From the human T2T-CHM13v2.0 reference genome, Homo sapiens: a DNA stretch of 64,000 nucleotides. Under the pieces are notes generated by a model that did no database searches, was not told the origin of the DNA, and saw nothing but the letters and a program-made list of their open reading frames with translations. The stretch lies in the NCBI RefSeq assembly GCF_009914755.1, contig NC_060930.1; one strand, written 5' to 3'. Numbering within the stretch: position 1 is the stretch's first letter; each line of letters begins with the position of its first letter. Positions 26,714 through 38,701 of the stretch are shown in pieces. The position numbers were made by a program, and so were the translations under genes.

Positions 26714-28271
26714 GAAACTAAAATTTTATAAGTGGTAAATATTACTTACATTTTTAAGAAAGGCTTTTGTTGTAAAAGGAAGAAGGAGAGGCTGACGGTA
26801 GGGATGTCAGGCAGGTGACTGACAAAGGAGCTGACACTTTTGTGCCTGGGCCCTGTAGGCATCCTTCAACTAACATTTTAATTGTATCACTGCCCCAACT
26901 TGATATGTGTATTTGTCTGACACTGAGGGAGGAAATGCACAGAGCTCTCCTGCAAGTATCCTTTATAGTAATCTCAGTGTATTTCCTACAGTATGGCTCA
27001 TCTGAACTGCTTCCACTCTGAGAACTTAATATTTCCCAAGATGTAAGGCTAAGAAAATAAAAATAATTAAGTGAAAGACATTCACATGGTCAATATTCAA
27101 GAGTATTCAGACTAATACAGTTACAAACAGGTTACTTTGCTTTGCTATAATAGTCTTTTTACTATATATATGTATCCCATAACATCGCGTTGTATACTAA
27201 CTACACACAATGAAATTTATATTAAAAATGAAAACAAATATGGAGCTGTTGATTTCAAACCCAAATCAGAGCAGAATGGACCTGCCTGAAGTCTGTATCT
27301 TCTCTCTGTTTTAGCATATACCTTATGAGATGTTGCTCTGTGGGATATAATATGTCTAGAACGGTGTCCCTCACATCACAGGTGATTAACAAACATTATT
27401 GAATTGATGATGAATGACTGTGCTATGTGAATAACATTAAGCAGGTAAATCACCCCTTGTTAAGCTTCTTATGCATTTCTAGTCCCTAAGAAACCCTGTG
27501 TATGTGACAGACATGGAAAACACATCAGCTAGAGAAAAAAATTAGAAGAATAGTTAAAGGGTCGAGGAGAGAAAATGAAAAGAAAGACAAAATTGATGAC
27601 TCTCTTTTTGTATTCAGCACTGTATTCCTAGAATAAAATTTCTTTATTCAGCAGCAGAGTTAATTTACATCCACTAAGCCCAGGACAAGGCATCAGAAGG
27701 TGGGAAGGAGCAACTCTAAGGCATTGAGAGTATTAATTTCTTTCAAAAATGGGAAAACACAGACACAATTGCTGGCAATTTCTAGCAGTAACTTAAGATG
27801 TTGTAGAAAATATTCCTACAGAAACACAAGTACCATGACAGGCTTCAGGTAGGTGGTATGTATTTTTACTTCTTGCAGTAGATACAAACAAACAGGAAGA
27901 AAGTGCCAGCTTCCACTTGTAAGGCTCACTGAAGCTAAATCAAGCATTGCTTAGTTCAGAGGAATGGGTTAATTTTCTATTCACTGAATTCCGCATGCCT
28001 GACAGGTTGTTGATGACTTATTTTTATTTGCTTAGCTTATTCCAGGTTGTATCACCTGGAATTCTCTCAGCTTGATCAAAATGTAGTTCTAATCAATGAG
28101 CAGCCTCTGATTCCAGTCTTTTAAGGAGGACCATGCCTGCACCTGCTCAGCACACACTCACCCGGTGATCTTTGGCAGAGGGTGCTGCTTCTTTCATGAA
28201 CATGTTCTCATGCAACACCTTCCTCAGTGCTCATTGCAACAACCTGTCCTCAAATTGAAGCTGCAGCAGAT

Positions 28272-28493
28272 CAGTGGTGTGCTGGTAAAGGTTTAATAAG
28301 AGGCTCTGGGGTTGATAGTTGACTTTGTGAGAAGGGAACCCTCATCTGTAGCATTTGCCAGTTTCTATGGGTAGAACTACACCTACCATGACATATTTTG
28401 GTGTTTATGTGAAGCCACAGAGCCCAGAGTTGGAAAGAGATGTGCACAATTGATTCTCAGGAGCTGGTACAAGCTGGCTGCAGCACACCTCTA
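28272..28493. mobile_element. hAT MITE, MER63A-like
   Basis: TIRs cagtggtgtgctgg / cagcacacctct; internal gttggaaagagatgtgcacaattgattctcaggagctggtacaagctggct. Confidence 0.8.
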
Positions 28494-29369
28494 CGTGTGC
28501 AGCTGACCACCCTCCAGGTCCTTCCTGAAACCCACTATTCCTTAACCTCTGAGGTTGAATACTACATCAATATTTCTCTTAAGAGTATATACTTAGAAAG
28601 GTCTCATGGCTGGTTTTCCTCTCTAGAATTCCCACAGGGGCTAATATATATTTGTTCAACTTTCCGACAACGTGACTCTCTGATCCTGCCATTAAAAATC
28701 ACCATCCCCTGCCATCCCTTTTCCTTCTCTCTTTCCTCTTTAGCTCTGTTCCACCTGTCCCTGCTCTCACTGCTGCCTTCTTTCTACTAGTCCCGCAAAT
28801 AGTTCCCTTATCTCCTGTCCTTCTTTTTTTTTTCTTAACTACTTCCCTCACAATGACCCAAATCATGGAAGTAGCCTGTCCCTCCTGATCCAAGCAAGTG
28901 TCTAAAGACTATGCTGCCTTTGTCCGAGAAAATAAATGGCATTCTTCCTGTTCACCTCATTGAGTGAGATGGAGGAATCAGAGTACTGCTTTCTCTCTAC
29001 TGCCTCTTCTTGGCCACTGCTACATTCACATTTCTAAAAACTAACTCATATTTTGTGGTACCTCTTATGTTCTGATGTCATTTCTCTCCACTCCTGTTGC
29101 TTTTATCTGTAATTTCCAGGAAAGGCGCCAAACATCCCTGATGAGTTAAGCACCAGATTCATACGTCTTTTCGTTTCCCTTTATTTTGTCATTATTCTGA
29201 TGAGTTTCAGCTACCACTTACTTTTATAAGCACACTCTGGCTTTTTGCCCTCATGCATCATTTATTCTAGCCAAAACAAACTGTTTTCTCATATACACAT
29301 TTTCTTCTCTCCTGTCTCAGTAGCTATGGCAATTATTTTCCACTTGGTCCCTACCCTGCTCCATTTTCT

Positions 29370-29790
29370 ACCTCAAGCTGTGCTCCAGAGCTGTTCCTAC
29401 TGACTGTGTTTCTTGTTGGGATCAGCTGGTGAGCGTTCAAGCAGGGAGGTTGGAGAGTGGGAAGGGAGAGGCTGAGGCTTTTCCTCCTGTCTCTTCCTGT
29501 CTCCTTCTGTCTCCCTCTTCTCCTCCTGCATCAGCATCATGGCTCTTGCAGCAGCTGCATCCCTCTAGGATGAATGCTCTGTCAGGCCATTCTTTCTACA
29601 TGGCTACACTCTTCACTGGCTCCCTGAACACTCTTTCCTAGGAGTGACTTCTCACTGTTGCCTGTCCCTAGGCCCCTCATGTCCCTTGTCCGTGTCCTTA
29701 ACTTTGCCAGTCATCTCCATAAATAGTTATTTTGTTACAGTCTTTCCAGAGGTCCATAAGATTACACCTGAGGTTTCCTGCAAAGATAGT
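29370..29790 (+). mobile_element. Ancient ERVL LTR fragment (LTR33-like)
   Basis: Degenerate similarity: gcagggaggttggagagtgggaagggagag...tcccttgtccgtgtccttaactttgcc...taaatagt. Confidence 0.45.
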
Positions 29791-30289
29791 CACTACTCTG
29801 GGACCAGAGCTAATACCAATTATTCCATCTGGAGTTCCCCATACAGCATTCTCTCCATGTGAACATTCTATTTCTCTATAAGCTCTACACCAAATGCTAC
29901 TTAGTACATAAAATGATATTCCTGTGTTTCTCCCAGTTGAAAATAATATCTCCCCTCTTAGAAATCCAAAGGCATTTATCTACAGATCTTTTAATGGGTA
30001 TGAATAATTTACCCAAATAAAAAACAGTCTGTCTATGTCTTATCTCTGTCAGATTTGAAGGTGGGATTTAAGTTTGATTCCTAAGTACCAGTGCAGGGTC
30101 CTTCAATAGATACTCTGCACGTATCTGTTGCATGAATGAGCAAGTTATGAGTGTTGTCATCTTTCATTTCTCTACCATTTATATTTTGCCTAGCTCATCT
30201 TAACTACTAATAAGCGCTCCTTTAAGCATAGACTTTATGTTGCATTTTCTCTTTCTTACCTTTCTGTCTATCTCACAAGTTACATTTCT

Positions 30290-30696
30290 TTATTTTAATC
30301 TGCTCAGGCTGCTGTAACAAAATACTGTGGACTGGATGGCTTCAACAGCAGACATTTATTTCTCACAGTTCTGGAGGCTGGGAGTCTCGTGATCACGGTG
30401 CCCGCTGATTTGGTTCCTTGTGAAGGTTCTCTTCCTGGCTTGTAGACAACCATCTTCTTGTTGTGTCCTCACATGGTGGGGGTTGAGGAGAGAGAGAGAA
30501 TACAAGAGCATATGCGAACAAGTGAGCACTCTGGCCTCTCCTTATAAGGGCACTAATCCCTTCATGAGGACCCCATCCTCATAACCTCATCTAAACCCAA
30601 TTACCACCCCAAAGTTCCATCTCTGGAGATCATCATATTGAGGATTAGAGCTTTGACATATAAATTTTGGGGGGACACCATTCAGTCCCTAGTGCA
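30290..30696 (-). mobile_element. MaLR solo LTR, MLT1A0-like
   Basis: ctcaggctgctgtaacaaaatac...atttatttctcacagttctggaggctggg...ttcagtccctagtgca; TSD tttct. Confidence 0.9.
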
Positions 30697-31139
30697 TTTC
30701 TATAGTTGAACGAACTCATTGATAAAGTTGAGTCCTAAGTTTCTTACATTTTTCTTTTGCAGTATCAGACTTGCGTCTCTCACTTCAACTTTGTATTTCT
30801 ATATGTAGTCATCACTACTTTAATCTTCCACTATCCCATGTTGATAGAAAGATCCTGCTCTTCAAAAAAGCTCCTCAGCTTGATGTTCACACTTCTTCTG
30901 AAAGTCATCTGTATTCTCCTAATAAGCCCAAATCAGAAACTTGGAGTCATCTTTTCATACAATTTCTTTGACTTCTTGACTCTACCTTTGTAAATTCCCT
31001 TGCATATAAAATATTTTTTCTATAAACACTTCAATTGTAATTTATTTTTCCATGTATTTTTTGCCAAACTTATGCTATATACTAAAGAGTTTCCATATTT
31101 CCCATGTTTTCATCATTATAATATATAGACCTATGCTAT

Positions 31140-31310
31140 TTAGAGCTAGAATAAATATTAGAAGCCAAGTTCACCATCTTTATTTTACAGAGAGCTCAGT
31201 GGGACCAAAAGGGGTCAAATGATTCACTTAATCTCACACATATGGGTAGTGTGGCAAAGCTGGACCAAGAGACTAAATCTCATGACACCCAGTGTAGCAT
31301 TTTTTCCACT
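31140..31310 (-). mobile_element. MIR (MIR3/MIRc-like)
   Basis: attttacagagagctcagtgggacc...gtggcaaagctggac...tttttccact. Confidence 0.6.
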
Positions 31311-32649
31311 TTCCCAGGATTCAACCTCTGTCCTGCTGCCAGATTAATGTTTATCCTCACTAGTCTATTCATGTTGTACTCTTGCTTATTAACTACTTGT
31401 GGTTTTTATTCTCCGTTACCTTACAGAGTTAAGTCACTCCGACATTCAGTTAAGTACACTACATCTACATACTCCACTTTCAGCTTTTTTCACTGCTCCA
31501 ATGTGTGTAAAATTATTTGCATATTATATAGCTTGTTCTTTGCTAGCTACACTCTATGCTCTTCTACCTTCATATCTAATGCTTATCCTTTTACTTTCTT
31601 TTCTTTAAATGTACTTGCCCCCATCCCTGACCATCTTTGGAATACATTATAAATGTCATGTTTTCCATTATGCATTTTGATATTCCCTTAACTGGATATA
31701 CTGTCTCCCCCCTTTAACTCACCTTTACATTTTGTCTGTGATTTGTTATTGGAAGTAATTAATTCTTCCTTATAAAATTGTCTAAGCATATTTGCCTCTT
31801 TCCATTTTCCTGTCCCAACTTATGCAACTTTATGTCTCTCATAGCACCAGGCCTAGTATTTTGTACAAAATGGACACTAAATGTTGATAAGTGTTAATAT
31901 TTGATAGTCCAAGCCATCGAAGTTAGGTGTTTCATGCACTTGCTTGCTTATTTTTATACATTAGTATCTTTGCTCTAATCTCTTAAGATGCATATCTCAC
32001 AAATACATTTGAAAATAAATAGTTATTTATCTGTGGGATGGTGGTGCTGTCTGTAAAGTTATGGTACAGAATCTTCCTCCTCCAATAAACAAAAGCAAAA
32101 CAAAAACAACCCTGCCAATTTTCCCATCAGCAGGAAGAAATGGGGAAGGATTATAACCTCAAAAATGATGACCAGTGAAGTAACAGAAAATTCTGGTGTC
32201 ATGGCCAGGTCAACAGAATTCCCAACTCTTATTCCACCTCCAGAAGTGGCACTGAGGATAACTGAGGATATAAGAAGTGACACAAATCCTGAATCTGAAT
32301 GCTCTGTAACTTGAAAGGAGTGGTTTGAAGGGATGAATTGATGGGTCTGGGAAAATCAAGATAAAACACTTAGTGGATGCTCTACAAATCACATCTGGAC
32401 CTTGGCAGAAGCAGGAAGGGCCATAGATTCTCTTGCTCCAGCACACAGTGCTAAATTAGGGGAGTAAGCCAAAGCCCAAAAGACTTGAATTCATGCCAAG
32501 CTTGGTGTAATGGAGTCCAATGAAGAACATCTGGTGGGATCTCAGCAAGAAGAGTAAACCCAGGACCTCCTCAAAGACTGCAATCAGTCCCAGCTGTGCT
32601 TCCCACTCTCTTCTGTCTGTTCTCTGTACCTTCTAGTACACAGGGGGAA

Positions 32650-34050
32650 GATAAATAATCCCAGATAAGGTAAGAGTGATGTCAAGGAGAAACCACATAC
32701 ACCATTTCCTAGTAAATATAAGATATTAACAAAGGTACAAGAGGAAAAAAATGGTTTGAGAGTGATGAAAATATATTACAGCCCCCAAATAAAAATATAT
32801 TAATATATAAATGGAGAAAGGCATTGATTTTAAAACATAACACAGATAATCCAATTTGAAAGAATATACAATCCGAGGAACTAAAATTCCTTTGCTGGTG
32901 TTTTGCATTTATTGAATAATCCAATAAGGACATAGATTTAGTAAAACAAGGAAAACAATAATGTAATAAAAGATCAGAATTATGAGAAAAGGAATATTAT
33001 AAGGAAAAGAAAAAACTGATACAAAACAAACAGTATAAATTAGAAGCAGCAGGAAACAGAAGTCATCATGGAGATAATGATTTATTTAGTTATAGACAAT
33101 AGGTTTAAATAATTAGACAATAGGTATATAAACTATAGTGCATCCACCATAGGGCTATTGATACTGCTGAAGTAAAGACACCAACAAATAGAACAGAAAA
33201 TAATGAGGGATATAAAAGAGGGAAACTTACCTAAAGTAAAGTGAATGACTAAATATTTCAGTTAATAGGGCAAATGCCAAGAAAAGTTAATAAAAAGCTA
33301 ATACTATAAGACATATTTAGTTATTAAATTTCAAAAATAAAAGCATTCAGAAATTGATGAGTCTGGGAAAATCAAGATAAAACACTTAGTTTCAGAAAAA
33401 AAAATAGCAAGTTACATAACAAGTGGGAAATCTGATTGGCCTCAGAATAAATATTGAGTTTCAGAAACAATGTAACAAAGTTTCCATTATATATAGCAAA
33501 TTGCTCTTCAGTTATAAATACAACAGAAAGGCATTTCTATACATTAAATAACAGGTTTAATGAAATTTTACAACAATGAAACTTAAAAATCCCTACTTGG
33601 AGATTAAATGCAACCAATGAAGAGATAAATCATAATAAAGAATAGAGAAATTAGGAAACCATGGTTATATAACAGGTGGCTGAACACTTACTTCATTTAA
33701 GTATGACCTAAGATAAAACAACTGAGGTAATTATTATTGCAGAGTAGAACAGATATATAATAAAACCATCATAAATTAAATATTATAAAAGCAACAAACT
33801 CAGAAGAAAAGAGAAATAGAGGTTCTTAATTATATCATCTTTCAGAGGAGTTAATGATGATTACTGAAATTAATATATGTAATTTAAATAAATCTATGCT
33901 GAATACAAGTTATTGATTAATTTTTTTTTAATTTAGAGGGACATTTTGGTACCTATTACCTGATATGATGAAGACAATATGAAGTCCTACAATTTTTTCA
34001 TTCACCTTAGTTGCATTTTTCATTATATTCATGTCAAATTAAAATTACTA
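32650..34050 (+). mobile_element. Very old L1-related fragment (HAL1/L1ME-like ORF1 remnant)
   Basis: A-rich tract with ORF1 C-terminal-like motifs aaatctgattggcctcaga and gcaaattgctcttcagttataaatacaacagaaaggcattt; boundaries approximate. Confidence 0.45.
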
Positions 34051-36717
34051 GCTTCTATTTTAAAACAGCATTTATCCAAGCATATTACTTAGAAATTATG
34101 TTGTCGTTTTCTTTCTCATCTACAAAATTTTGTCTAAATTTTTATTTCCCTCTCCACATATGTAGAAAAGTTGTTTAAATAATCTATATGGAATATTAAT
34201 GGTAATGATTTCTATTTCAAGTAATTTATTGCTTTCATTAAAATCATGTCAAATTAAAATTGCTAGATGCAATTTTTTAATAACTTTTTCCCAGTTTTTA
34301 GTTTGGCTTAATTTAGTTTAGGTTGAATATGCATTATCACTTAAAATTGTCATATTATTGCTTCAAAATTATTTTGGTAAATTAATTTTTGACAAAATTA
34401 TTAAAAGTCCATAGAAAATTATTGGGAAGACCAAGCTACAAAGATAAGACTCCTATTGAAGGAGGTGGAGCAAGATGGCCGACTAGAACCCTTCAGAAAT
34501 TCCCTCCCTCATCCTCTGCAGGAACATAAAATCAAACAATTATCCATGCAAAAAGCACCTTCATAAGAACCAAAAATATCAGGTGAGTGATCAGAGTACC
34601 TGGGTTTAGCATAATAACAAGGACACATTGAAGAGGGTAGGAAGGACAGTCTCTGATGTTCCCTACACTACCCCTACCTCCACTCCCAGCAGTACAGCCA
34701 AGAGAGAAACTCTGTGCTTGGAGGAGGCAGAGCAAAGTGAGTTTGGAACTTGGCATTGGAACTCAGTCCCACCCTGTCACAGTTAGAACATAGCACAGGG
34801 CAGAATTCTGTTGATGCCATTAAGACAAGCCCTGGGCCCGAGGAGACTTCATCACCCAAGGAGGAGGAAACTGAGTCCCAAACAAACAAGGCCAGACTGT
34901 GAAGACTAGAACAAATACCTAACTCTTCAATGCCCAAATAAGGACAAATGTTCATAAGCATGAAGGACATCCAGGAAAATATTGCCTCACCAAACAGACT
35001 AAATAAGGCACCAGTGAACAACCCTCGAGTGACAGAGATATATAACCTCTCAGATAGGGAATTCAAAATAAATATTTTGAGGCAGCTTGGCAAACTTCAA
35101 GATAACACAGAGAAGGAATTCATAAATCTATCTAAGAAATTTAAATACTGGAGCAGAAAAATTCAATAGATAAACTAAAAAATGTAACACAGTCTTAACA
35201 GAATTAAGCAGAATAAGGAACTAGTGAACTCAAAGATGAGCTATTTAAAAAATAGGAAGATAATAAAAAATAATTAAAAAGAATAAAGTATGCTTACAAG
35301 ATCTAAAAAATAGTCTCAAAAAGGCAAATTTAAGAGTTATTGTCCAAAAAGAGGATGTAGATAATGAGATCAGGGTAGAAAACTTATTCAAATAAATAAT
35401 AACAAAGTACTTTCCAAACCTATAGAAAATTATTAATATCCAGGTACCAGAAGTTCACAGAACATCAAAGAAGACACAATCCATATAAGACTATCCCAAG
35501 GCATATAATCAACTCCCAAAAGTCAAAAACAAAGGATCCTAAAAGCAGCAAGATAAAAGCAAATAACATCTAAGGTCTGATACATCTAGCAATAGACTTC
35601 TCAGAGGAAACCTTACAGGCCTGGAGGGAATGGGAATGACATATCCAAAGTGCTAAAGGAAATAAAAGCTCCAACTAAGGAAACTGTACCCAGCATAGCT
35701 ATTTTTCAGACACAAAGGAGAAATAAAAACTTTCCCAGACGAACAAAACCTGAGGGAATTAATCATCACCATACCTGTCTTATAAGAAATGTTAAAGGGA
35801 GTTTTCCAACTGAAAAAAAGGATGCTATCATGCAGCAAGAAATCACCTAAAGGTAGAAAAGTCACTGGTAAAAGTTAAGTACACAGAATTATCTAATACT
35901 GCCAATGCAGTGTGTAAGCCATGCATATATTTAGTATAAAGACCAAGAGGCAAATCTATAAGAAATAATAACTACACAGGTTTGTTAAGAGATAGGAATT
36001 ATAAGAAGATATATAGACACAACAAAAAGTCAAAAACTAGGGGGATGGAGTTAAACTGTGGAGTATTTTAATTTTTCTTTGCTTCTGTCTTTTCTTCTTT
36101 GGGATCAAAGTTAAGTTGTCATCAGTTTAAAATAACTTGTTACAATTCTGATATGTTTGTTTCAACCATTATTATAACCACAAAGCAAAAGTCTAACAGA
36201 CACACTAAAAAGTAAAAATGAATTAAAACATACTGCCAGAGAAAATCATTTATCCACAAAGCCAGTAAGAAAGAAAGAGAAGGTTTACAAAACTGGAAAA
36301 CAACTAGCAAAATGGCATTAGTAAGTCCTTACCTGTCAATAATGACACTGAATATAAATTGACTACATTCTCCAGTTAAAAGACATGAAGTAGCTGAATA
36401 AAGAAATAAGACACAACTATGTGCTCTCTACAAGAAACTCACTTTTTACCTATAAAGACATGTGGACTGAAAGTAAAAATGGATGAAAAATAAATAAGTA
36501 AAGATGGAAAAAGATATTTTGTGCAAATTGAAACCAAAAAAGAACAAAAGTAGCTATATTTAAAGTACATTTCAAGTCAAAAACTGTAAGAAGAGACAAA
36601 GGTCATTATATAATGATTAAAAAGTCACTTCAGCAAGAGAATATAACAACTGTATTTAATTGTATTAAATATATATGCAACCAATTGTATTATATATGCA
36701 ACCAAAATTAAAGCACT

Positions 36718-37121
36718 TGTTATGGTTTAAACTTGTGTCCTCACACAAATCTCATGTGCAATTGTAATCCCAGTGTTGGAGGTGGAACCTGGTGGGAGGT
36801 GATTAGATCACGGGGTTGGAGTTCTTATGAATGGTTTAGTGACATCACCTTTGGTACTGTATAGCCAGTGAGTTCTCATGAGATCTGAATGTTTAAAAGT
36901 GTGTGTTACCTCCTTCATTTTTTTCTCTCTTCCTTCTGTTCTGGCCACATAAGATGTGCTCGTTTCCCTTTGCCTTCTGCCACGATTGTAAGTTTCCTGA
37001 GGCCTCCCCAGCCATGCTTCCTGCAGAGGCTGCAGAACCATTAGCCAATTAAGCCTCTTTTCTTTATAACCCACTCAGTCTCAGGTATTTCTTTATAGCA
37101 ATGCAAGAACAGACTAATACA
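36718..37121 (+). mobile_element. MaLR solo LTR, MSTA/B-like, in the L1 endonuclease region
   Basis: tgttatggttt...aaatctcatg...gcaagaacagactaataca; degenerate TSD gcact/tcacc. Confidence 0.9.
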
Positions 37122-38379
37122 TCACCCAGACATTTAAAGCGAGTATTAAAGACAGACTACAATACAATGATAGCAGAGGACTTCAACAACCCAGTTTCAG
37201 CAATGGACAGATCATCCAGTCAGAAAATCAGCAAAGAAATATTGGAATTAAGCTACATGCTAGGCTAAATCAACTTAACTGATATTTATAGAACATTTCA
37301 CCAAATAGATGCAGAAAACATATTCTTCTCATCAGCACATGGAACATTCTCCAGGATCGACTATAAGTTAGGCCGCAAAACAAGTCTTAACAAATTCAGA
37401 AATATCAAAATCATATCAAGTTTTTTTTTTGACTAAAGTAGAATAATACTCTAAATCAATAACAAGAAGAACTTTGGAAACTATAAAAATACATGAAAAT
37501 TAAACAACTTGTTCTTGAACCATTAATGGGTCAACAAAGAAATTAAGAAGAAAATTTAAAATTTTATTGAAACAAATAAAAATGGAAAGAAAACAAACCA
37601 AAACCTGTGGAATACAGCAAAAGCAGTACTAAGTGGGAAGTTTTTCATTATAAATGACTACATCATAAAGTAGGAAGACTTCAAATAAACAATTAATGGC
37701 ACACCTTAAAGAGCTAAACCTAAACCAACCTAAAATTAGTAGAAGACAAGAAATAATGTCAAAACAGAAATAAATAAAATTGAGACTAAAAAATAGATCA
37801 ACAAAATAAGTTGGGTTTTTGAAAAGAAAGAAAATTTGGAAAGTTTTAGCCAGACTAAGAAGAAAAAGAGAAGAACTAATAAAATTGGAGACAAAAAGAA
37901 GACAACTGATAGCACAGAAATGCAAAGAACCGTTATAGACTGTGACGAGCATCTATATGCCAATAAGTTAGAAAACATAATAGAAATGGATAAATTTAGT
38001 CTAGACACATACAACCTATGAAGGTTGTTCCATAAACAAATAGAAAACCTGCACAGACCAATAATGAGTAATGAAATAGAAGTAGTAATAAAAAGTCTCC
38101 CATCAAAGAAAAGGTGAGGAACTGATGGCTTCCCTGTTGAATTCTATGAAACATTTAAAGAAAAAACAATACCGATCCTACTCAACCTCTTCAAAACACT
38201 GAAGAGGAAGGAATACTTCCAAACTCGTTCTAGATGGCTATTATTACCCTGATACCAAAAACCAGACAGAGACTCGACAACAACAAAAACTACAGGCCAA
38301 TATCCCTGATCAACATAGATGCAAAACTCCTCAAAAAACTAACAAACCAACTTTACCAACACATTAAAAAGATCATTAA

Positions 38380-38661
38380 GGCCAGGCTCAGTGGCTCACA
38401 CCTGTAATCCTAGCACTTTGGGAGGCCAAGGCAGGTGGATCACGAGGTCAGGAGATCGAGACCATCCTGGCTAACACAGTGAAACTCTGTCTCTACTAGA
38501 AAAACAAAAACTTAGCCGGGCGTGGTGGCGGATGCCTACAGTCCCAGCTACTCAGGAAGCTGAGACAGGAGAATGGCGTGAACCTGGGAGGCGGAGTTTA
38601 CACTGAGCCGAGATCGCGCCACTGCACTCCAGCCTGGGCGATAGAGCGAGACTCCGTCTCA

Positions 38662-38694
<33 letters not shown>
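38380..38694 (+). mobile_element. AluY with a pure A tail (37 A, 38663-38699, last five shared with the TSD)
   Basis: ctggctaacacagtgaaac, gaatggcgtgaacc; perfect TSD aaaaagatcattaa. Confidence 0.95.

Positions 38695-38701
<7 letters not shown>

Noticed and set aside
20106-34282. 14-kb inversion bounded by inverted duplications, or L1 3' transduction
   Set aside because: The L1MC 5' fragment inside the interval keeps the same orientation as its body outside; there is no second poly(A) and no source L1 beside the other copy.
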